Sequence record: OR413342.1
From: Salmonella phage EH1
Length of the DNA: 32,000 nt
Reading direction: 5' to 3' (one strand)
This document shows positions 26,605-32,000 of the stretch, piece after piece (the first letter of the stretch is position 1; every line of letters starts with the position of its first letter). A program made the translations under genes and the position numbers. The notes under the pieces were generated by a model. It was not told the DNA's origin and made no database searches. It worked only from the letters and a program-made list of their open reading frames with translations.

Positions 26605-27921
26605 TTATTTACCACGGGAAATAGAGTAAATTCCATAGCGCAGCGCATCACAAAGGTGAGAGTTAGCATCATGACGTGGTTTTTCACGGGATAATTTTTC
26701 TTCACCTTCTTGGAAATCCCACTTATAGTTCTGCAATGCATGGATTAATGAGGAACATGAAGCGTCTACAATAATCTTCCCTTGTTGGAACAGTGCTTGC
26801 AGGCATGCTAGGCCATCTAGGACAGATTTTTTAGCTGGAGCTGAGGCAATTTCATGCTCATAAGCTAAGTCCTGTCGGAACTGAGCTGCTGCAGAGTCAA
26901 CAAAAATACGATCAACTTTATAACGATCTATACAGTGCTGAATATAAGCAGCATGCTGAGCTGTAGTTTTCTCCGCCTGCTGGTACTCTTCTAATACATA
27001 GTAAGTATCCGTATCGTAATGATATTTAATAGTAAGAACTGCTGTAGGATCACGATAACCAACGTCAATACCAAGCAACGTTTCGAATGCTTCATCATCT
27101 TTAAAGAAGTGACGCATACCTTTGAGGTCTTTAACGTGCTCGATAGCATTGAAGGTATCAAAGATCTGACCTTCGAATACGGAGAAGTCAGCCTCATATT
27201 CTTGACGGAAATAGTTTTTACTAACAGTACGACGCGCTTCTTCGATATCGTTCAGGTCAGCACGTGGGTTATCACGATATGTACCATGAATAGATACCCA
27301 GTTAGGTAGCGTTTCGTTAAATCCTTTCTCATAGAACTCTTTGAACCAGTTACCCCCACGAGGAGTAGAGATAAATAGAGCTTTAGAGTTTGGCTTATCT
27401 AGGGTAGGACGTAACTGAATATCGAAAGCTGCACCACCAACATCGGAAATCGCTGCTTCGTCAAAGATGATGAAGTCATACGAACGACCAACCGCGGAGT
27501 CAGCCTGCGCCGCAGAAGCCAGCTTAAAGAGAGAACCATTCGCTAGTTCAATCTCTTTATCTTTTGCGTTCTCACGTTCAGTCTGTAATCCATACTTCTT
27601 AATAAGACCACGAATCTGTGACCAACCTATGTTAGCCAGTGAGTAGTTAGGTGCAACTACCAGCACCTTCACATTGGGTTCCAGAAGTTTTAGGAACCCA
27701 AGTGTATATGCGATGAATGACTTACCTACACGACGTGATACACATGCAGTCACGAAGCGGTGTCTTGGGTCTTCCAGCGCATTAATGATTGCAATCTGAG
27801 GGGCATTAGGTGTAATCCCCTCTTGAGCTAGAATGCTAGAGACCGGCAGACGGAAAAATCGTTTGTCAATACCAAAGTCAATAACATCTGTGGTGTTAAT
27901 ATAATCTCTAGAGACTTTCAT
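26605..27921 (-). CDS. terL: Terminase large subunit
   Basis: 438 aa; FVTACVSRRVGKSFIAYTLG (Walker A-like), YDFIIFDEAAI (Walker B), LLGIDVGYRDPTAVLTIKY and DRIFVDSAAAQFRQDL (nuclease). Confidence 0.97.
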   Translation of the reverse strand: MKVSRDYINTTDVIDFGIDKRFFRLPVSSILAQEGITPNAPQIAIINALEDPRHRFVTACVSRRVGKSFIAYTLGFLKLLEPNVKVLVVAPNYSLANIGWSQIRGLIKKYGLQTERENAKDKEIELANGSLFKLASAAQADSAVGRSYDFIIFDEAAISDVGGAAFDIQLRPTLDKPNSKALFISTPRGGNWFKEFYEKGFNETLPNWVSIHGTYRDNPRADLNDIEEARRTVSKNYFRQEYEADFSVFEGQIFDTFNAIEHVKDLKGMRHFFKDDEAFETLLGIDVGYRDPTAVLTIKYHYDTDTYYVLEEYQQAEKTTAQHAAYIQHCIDRYKVDRIFVDSAAAQFRQDLAYEHEIASAPAKKSVLDGLACLQALFQQGKIIVDASCSSLIHALQNYKWDFQEGEEKLSREKPRHDANSHLCDALRYGIYSISRGK

Positions 27922-28403
27922 TATCTCTTACCTCCTCCTGCTAGAGCGGTAATAAGATTCATATAGTTTTCGTCACCACTTCCAGCAATAATATTATTCT
28001 GAATATTAGTCTGGTTAGCCGGAGTACGGGCTGCTGCCTTCACTTTCTCCAGTTCTACCATCATTTTCATTTCTTCCATCTTCATCTTGTGTGCTTTCCA
28101 GAGAATATCCATAATATCCTGGTCAGATCCCATGCCAGTTTCTTCTAGTTCCTCTAGTTTACGCTTGATAACTTCATCAAGAACTCCGAATAAACGGTCA
28201 CGATTACGGAAGCCACTTTCCATAAAGATATCGTTGAGATAGTTTTTAACTTCCCCACGATTCATTATATCACGAAATGCAATCTCGGACATTCCAAGAC
28301 TACGAGCGGCGGCAGGAACATCACTACCGCACTGTAAATAGGCTTCAATAACATCCATGCCCTCAGGAGACATGAGATCGGGAACTAATACATCATTTGC
28401 CAT
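27921..28403 (-). CDS. terS: Terminase small subunit
   Basis: 160 aa directly upstream of terL; N-terminal HTH-like [27 protein letters not shown] followed by a coiled-coil. Confidence 0.83.
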   Translation of the reverse strand: MANDVLVPDLMSPEGMDVIEAYLQCGSDVPAAARSLGMSEIAFRDIMNRGEVKNYLNDIFMESGFRNRDRLFGVLDEVIKRKLEELEETGMGSDQDIMDILWKAHKMKMEEMKMMVELEKVKAAARTPANQTNIQNNIIAGSGDENYMNLITALAGGGKR

Positions 28404-28413
28404 ATATCCTCCT

Positions 28414-30195
28414 TTAGGTTAGGCGTTGAACTGTTACACGTAGTCTTGGTAAGAAGATAGCAGCTGGTTCTGCAGCATGAATGACAACACCCAACTCAAC
28501 ATTACCATTACCAAGGTTTTTAATAGTATAAATATATCCATTCCTACGAAAGGCCATCTCATCAGGTCTACTAGCCCACGTTTGGGTATAGCTATAGGAA
28601 GTTGTACTGTGATATGGTACCAGATAGCCAGGCGGTAAGGTAAGGATTTGGTGAAATATACCGTCCCCCGCAGTGTAACTCTGTTGGCGTCTACCTTGTA
28701 CACGCCAGGCCTGCCCACTGTATGTACTAACACGTTGTCCCGCAGTGTTAATGTTGCCCATAATAACTTCGGTAGTTAATATGATAGTAGAGTTGGTGTT
28801 AGGCAGTCCTAACCAGACTGTTGCTAAAGGCTGGTAGTAATCACCTGCTGCAGGATAAGATGGATTGAGGTCATTCCCAACATAAGTACTGACAACATTG
28901 CTAGGGAATAACCTTAAAGGTACTGTACTAGGACTCCATACAGGTCCATGTTCATTACCAATGGAGTTGGTATTAGTGTCTACATACCATTGTTTACCTA
29001 CGCCAAATTTATATAAGCTAATTTGAGAAGCTGCACCCCCATAGTTAACAGGAGACCACAACCCGCCATTACTAGAGCCGATAAATTCACATCGTGCAGT
29101 ATTATCACCAAAAACTCCGGTATACGCAGCGTTATTACCAACATACTCCATATCAGGACGATAGCCTAAGTTTCCGAAAGCATTCTGGTTAATAAATTTA
29201 TATCCTGTATTTGGTAGGCTAACACCTTTAATAGTAAAGTTAGAGGGGGATATTAAGATATCTGAACCGGTAAATGGATTACCAGAAACTCCCATACTAC
29301 CATTAGAATAGCGCAGATTTAGTACATACCAAATAACCTTAGTTGGCGTAACGTTATACCAGTCCTGTACATATACCTTTCTAGTGGCTTGAGCAGCCAT
29401 ATTAGAAGTAGAACCTCTACAAACATATATTTTTTCTGGATATGCAGGAGATTGGTAAAGAACGTTTACGTTATCTGGCAGTACACCTTTTTTACCGGCA
29501 AAGCCACGAATATTGGAACTACAAACGTAAAACCAATCATGCCCTCTGCCAGCAGATCCAATAGGTGCTTGCCAATTAGGATCCCAATAATCTGCATTTG
29601 CTGCGTCTAGAGGAGGTACTGAAACTCCTGAAGGAAACCCAATAAGAGCCCAGGCTCTGGCAATGGCTTCACCAGCGGAAACACCACCAGGCCTATAGAT
29701 CTGGAAACCTGAAGACTGTAGTAAAGTACCTCCAGTTCCTTGCCGAGCAATAGATTCCTCATGACCAAGATTACCATTATATGTATAAGTACCATGAGCT
29801 AGACTATCACCGATTGCAAAGGCAGAAGTTAGAGCTAACTCAGCTCCAGCACGTGGTTGATCTTCAAAAAAGTTTAGCATCTGGCCAACCTGAGATTGAG
29901 TACCATTCAGAAATCCACGATGAGTACCGTTTATCTCAATAGCAGTTAATATAACTCTACCAGGATCATTGGATTTAATGTTTATAATATCCCAAGGCAT
30001 CTGAGTAACAAAATACCCATTACCTACATCACCTAGAGCAGCCTCGTAAGTCCCATCAACTAGGACAAATGGCATATCTGAGTGGAAGATACTATTAGTA
30101 TTTGGAGAGTAGTGCTGATTTATATCACCACCATTAGCAGCGTTTAGAGATAATACAGTTTTACCATCACTAAATTTTCCTGCGAAAAAACTCAT
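28414..30195 (-). CDS. oad: Receptor-binding tail tip protein (T5 pb5/Oad-like)
   Basis: 593 aa; N-term [17 protein letters not shown]...[10 protein letters not shown]...IFHSDM, mid [30 protein letters not shown]-term [12 protein letters not shown] resemble T5 pb5 from memory; position next to a divergent Llp-like gene. Confidence 0.85.
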   Translation of the reverse strand: MSFFAGKFSDGKTVLSLNAANGGDINQHYSPNTNSIFHSDMPFVLVDGTYEAALGDVGNGYFVTQMPWDIINIKSNDPGRVILTAIEINGTHRGFLNGTQSQVGQMLNFFEDQPRAGAELALTSAFAIGDSLAHGTYTYNGNLGHEESIARQGTGGTLLQSSGFQIYRPGGVSAGEAIARAWALIGFPSGVSVPPLDAANADYWDPNWQAPIGSAGRGHDWFYVCSSNIRGFAGKKGVLPDNVNVLYQSPAYPEKIYVCRGSTSNMAAQATRKVYVQDWYNVTPTKVIWYVLNLRYSNGSMGVSGNPFTGSDILISPSNFTIKGVSLPNTGYKFINQNAFGNLGYRPDMEYVGNNAAYTGVFGDNTARCEFIGSSNGGLWSPVNYGGAASQISLYKFGVGKQWYVDTNTNSIGNEHGPVWSPSTVPLRLFPSNVVSTYVGNDLNPSYPAAGDYYQPLATVWLGLPNTNSTIILTTEVIMGNINTAGQRVSTYSGQAWRVQGRRQQSYTAGDGIFHQILTLPPGYLVPYHSTTSYSYTQTWASRPDEMAFRRNGYIYTIKNLGNGNVELGVVIHAAEPAAIFLPRLRVTVQRLT

Positions 30196-30220
30196 ACAAT
30201 CTCCTTCTTTAAAAATGTAT

Positions 30221-30249
30221 TTGCTTAGATCCCTCTATTTTGCTATAAT
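30221..30249 (+). promoter_or_regulatory. Sigma70-like promoter for the lipoprotein gene
   Basis: TTGCTT (30221-30226), 17-nt spacer, TATAAT (30244-30249); AGAGGA RBS before ATG 30279. Confidence 0.85.
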
Positions 30250-30278
30250 ATATTTATAAATTAAACAGAGGAACGATT

Positions 30279-30545
30279 ATGAAAAAGTTACTAGCCATCG
30301 TAGTTGCAGCAGTAGTGTTGACGGGTTGTGTACCGGCTCCCGAGCCATTTTGTAAGGCATATGTGAAGTCTTATGGTCATGTTGGTGAAGAACACTATGC
30401 TTTAGATATTCGAGAAGCACGTACTGTGGGCTACCGATTCCCTAAAACTCAGTTACGCACTAAGTTTGGGTGGTGGGATTTGTCACAGTTTGATCTCAAA
30501 TATGGCGATTGCAAATTTAAACTAGAACAATCTGGTCACTTGTAA
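30279..30545 (+). CDS. llp: Small outer-membrane lipoprotein, Llp-like (candidate receptor-blocking / superinfection exclusion)
   Basis: 88 aa; MKKLLAIVVAAVVLTGC signal peptide with lipobox, two further cysteines (PFCKAY, GDCKFKL); divergently placed next to the pb5-like gene as in T5 oad-llp. Confidence 0.78.
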   Translation: MKKLLAIVVAAVVLTGCVPAPEPFCKAYVKSYGHVGEEHYALDIREARTVGYRFPKTQLRTKFGWWDLSQFDLKYGDCKFKLEQSGHL

Positions 30546-30619
30546 TTAGTATAAAGTAAAAAGATCTCGAAGTAAACAAAAATTTTTATTTCTGGGATGA
30601 GGTACAGGTAGCAAACACA

Positions 30620-30934
30620 ATGCAAGATGAAGAAAAGTCCTTTCAGGAACCTGTTAACTTTGAAATAGATCCCAGGACTAAAGCAATACATGATGCAATT
30701 AACGAAATCATTCAAGACGTCATAGAAGATACAATAGAAGACGTGATGGGAACATCCTTCTTAATAGAAGAATCCGGCTTCGATGAAGTAATGGATCTTA
30801 TCGGGACAGTCATAATGGTTCGTGCAATTGCTAGGATATTCCAAATACCAGGACTACAGGAGAAGCAAAGAGATGTCAGACGACAACAGAAGAAAGAACA
30901 GACGCGGGGAAGTGTACGAAAGTTGGATAAATAG
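30620..30934 (+). CDS. Hypothetical acidic protein, 104 aa
   Basis: Complete ORF downstream of the lipoprotein gene; acidic N-terminal half, short hydrophobic patch VMDLIGTVIMVRAIARIF, basic C-terminus. Confidence 0.6.
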   Translation: MQDEEKSFQEPVNFEIDPRTKAIHDAINEIIQDVIEDTIEDVMGTSFLIEESGFDEVMDLIGTVIMVRAIARIFQIPGLQEKQRDVRRQQKKEQTRGSVRKLDK

Positions 30935-31007
30935 TTTCGGATTCGGGACTGTGTTATTCTTTATCTTTGTACTCTTTTGGTTAGCAGCTATGGCGGGGTG
31001 GTTATAA
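30873..31007 (+). CDS. Small membrane protein, 44 aa (track start 30822 probably too early)
   Basis: ATG 30873 preceded by GGAGAAG (30859-30865); MSDDNRRKNRRGEVYESWINSFGFGTVLFFIFVLFWLAAMAGWL with C-terminal TM. Confidence 0.72.
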   Translation: MSDDNRRKNRRGEVYESWINSFGFGTVLFFIFVLFWLAAMAGWL

Positions 31008-31111
31008 TGGAAGTAGTAATTATTGCTTTACTAGTTGTGGTAATTATCGGGCAGTGCATTTTAGATAACCACTTAGCTCGTATCGAACGTAAGCTGCGTG
31101 GAGACAAATAA
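31007..31111 (+). CDS. Small membrane protein, 34 aa, absent from the supplied track
   Basis: TAATG junctions with both neighbours; translates MEVVIIALLVVVIIGQCILDNHLARIERKLRGDK: N-terminal TM and short basic tail. Confidence 0.7.
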   Translation: MEVVIIALLVVVIIGQCILDNHLARIERKLRGDK

Positions 31112-31305
31112 TGGATTGGCTAGGACTTATTACACTTGTAGTATGGCTTGTCTGGATTGTTGGATATATGACTTCACATCGTAATCGTATACAGCGGCTA
31201 GAGGATAAAGTCACCCAGCTTAATATTAATATGGATAAGTTACTGGACTCCCAACGTAATGATCGGGCACGTATTCACCAACTTGAGAGGGAATTAGATG
31301 TTTAG
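31111..31305 (+). CDS. Small membrane protein with coiled coil, 64 aa
   Basis: MDWLGLITLVVWLVWIVGYM TM then RIQRLEDKVTQLNINMDKLLDSQRNDRARIHQLERELDV coiled coil; ATG overlaps upstream stop. Confidence 0.75.
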   Translation: MDWLGLITLVVWLVWIVGYMTSHRNRIQRLEDKVTQLNINMDKLLDSQRNDRARIHQLERELDV

Positions 31306-31516
31306 CTTTGTAGTTATCTTTATTATCGGGGTGCTTGCTGGAATCTTCGGGACGACTGCGGCAATCAACAAGCATCGTGAATATATTGCGGGAGTATCGC
31401 GGGAGCTTTCGGAAAGAGAACGGAGGTTTGCAGAAAAACGGGAGGAGTTCGAGCGGGAGTGGAATGATGGCTCAAGAAGTTCCCGTAGGAGATTCAAGAT
31501 AGATGGCAAATCATAA
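31298..31516 (+). CDS. Small membrane protein with charged helix, 72 aa
   Basis: MFSFVVIFIIGVLAGIFGTTAAI TM then highly charged ELSERERRFAEKREEFEREWND; overlaps both neighbours; RBS GAGAGGGA. Confidence 0.72.
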   Translation: MFSFVVIFIIGVLAGIFGTTAAINKHREYIAGVSRELSERERRFAEKREEFEREWNDGSRSSRRRFKIDGKS

Positions 31517-32000
31517 ATCTCTACTTCCATTAGCAGAATACCAGAAAAAATTTGACTATGATCCTGAAACAGGTATATTTACTTGGAACTCGGGAAGTCG
31601 TAAAGGTAAGCCAGCTGGCAGCAAAGAAAAAGATGGTTTAACTTTATACATTGGTAAACTCGGTAGGTTTAAAGCCCATCGAGTGGCATGGTTGTACATT
31701 ACAGGAGAAGACCCAGGGAAGTTTCTCATAGACCATAAAGATCAAGATCCTTTCAATAATAAAGAGGAAAACCTCCGTAAAGCAACGAATGCAGAAAATG
31801 GCAAAAACTCTTCGGGGTGGAGAAATGAGTCTACGGGAATAAAGGGGATAACTCTTACAAGTTCGGGGAAATATAGGGCAAGAATCAGGGTCAATGGTAG
31901 TATGGTAAACGTGGGGACTTTCGAAAGTATTGAAGAAGCTACTTCAAAACTTAACGCAGCTCGTGAGATTCTGCACGGTGAGTTTGCAAACCCCGTTTAA
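31503..32000 (+). CDS. HNH endonuclease with C-terminal AP2-like DNA-binding domain
   Basis: 165 aa; FDYDPETGIFTW, KAHRVAWLYITGEDPGKFLIDHKDQDPFNNKEENLRKAT (HNH_3-type) and GITLTSSGKYRARIRVNGSMVNVGTFESIEEA (AP2-like). Stop at 31998-32000. Confidence 0.9.
   Translation: MANHKSLLPLAEYQKKFDYDPETGIFTWNSGSRKGKPAGSKEKDGLTLYIGKLGRFKAHRVAWLYITGEDPGKFLIDHKDQDPFNNKEENLRKATNAENGKNSSGWRNESTGIKGITLTSSGKYRARIRVNGSMVNVGTFESIEEATSKLNAAREILHGEFANPV

Noticed and set aside
30196-30278. Minus-strand promoter for the receptor-binding gene
   Set aside because: AT-rich -10-like strings (TATTAT) exist but no paired -35 at 16-18 nt; not strong enough to call.
30546-30619. Possible terminator or promoter between the lipoprotein gene and the 104-aa ORF
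   Set aside because: No convincing stem with U-tract and no -35/-10 pair with proper spacing, so read-through from the lipoprotein promoter is the simpler assumption.
1-32000. CRISPR arrays, tRNA genes, transposons, toxin-antitoxin or known defence operons
   Set aside because: No regularly spaced repeats, cloverleaf sequences, transposase or classic TA pairs were seen on reading; only homing-type endonuclease genes represent mobile elements.

Overview
The window is a late-gene segment of a T5-like siphophage (Demerecviridae type). This call rests on gene order, product sizes and several proteins recognised from memory, not on a database search. Plus-strand genes at the left edge: a small ORF, a D15-type flap endonuclease, dUTPase and an 88-aa ORF. 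They end at a strong, probably bidirectional terminator (1767-1796). From about 1.8 to 30.2 kb everything is on the minus strand. In transcription order: receptor-binding protein (pb5-like), small and large terminase, GIY-YIG-like endonuclease, HNH protein, portal, capsid decoration protein (pb10-like), prohead protease, major capsid protein, head/tail completion proteins, tail tube protein with Ig-like domain, a p140-like baseplate protein, two tail-assembly chaperone ORFs, tape measure, Dit, baseplate hub (pb3-like), straight-fibre protein (pb4-like), collar protein (p132-like) and two tail fibres with C-terminal S74-type chaperones. The right edge switches back to plus: an Llp-like lipoprotein with its own promoter, an acidic ORF, a tightly coupled run of very small membrane proteins (one 34-aa ORF is absent from the supplied track) and an HNH-AP2 endonuclease. 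Main observations worth checking: (1) the two chaperone ORFs can only be fused by a +1 (or -2) shift, and the downstream ORF lacks a Shine-Dalgarno at its ATG; (2) intrinsic terminators sit immediately upstream of both the tape measure and a head-completion gene, followed by the same exact 25-nt sequence, which suggests attenuation of gene dosage; (3) the small-membrane-protein cluster beside the Llp-like gene is a candidate early host- or superinfection-directed module. No clearly novel defence or mobile system could be demonstrated from sequence alone.
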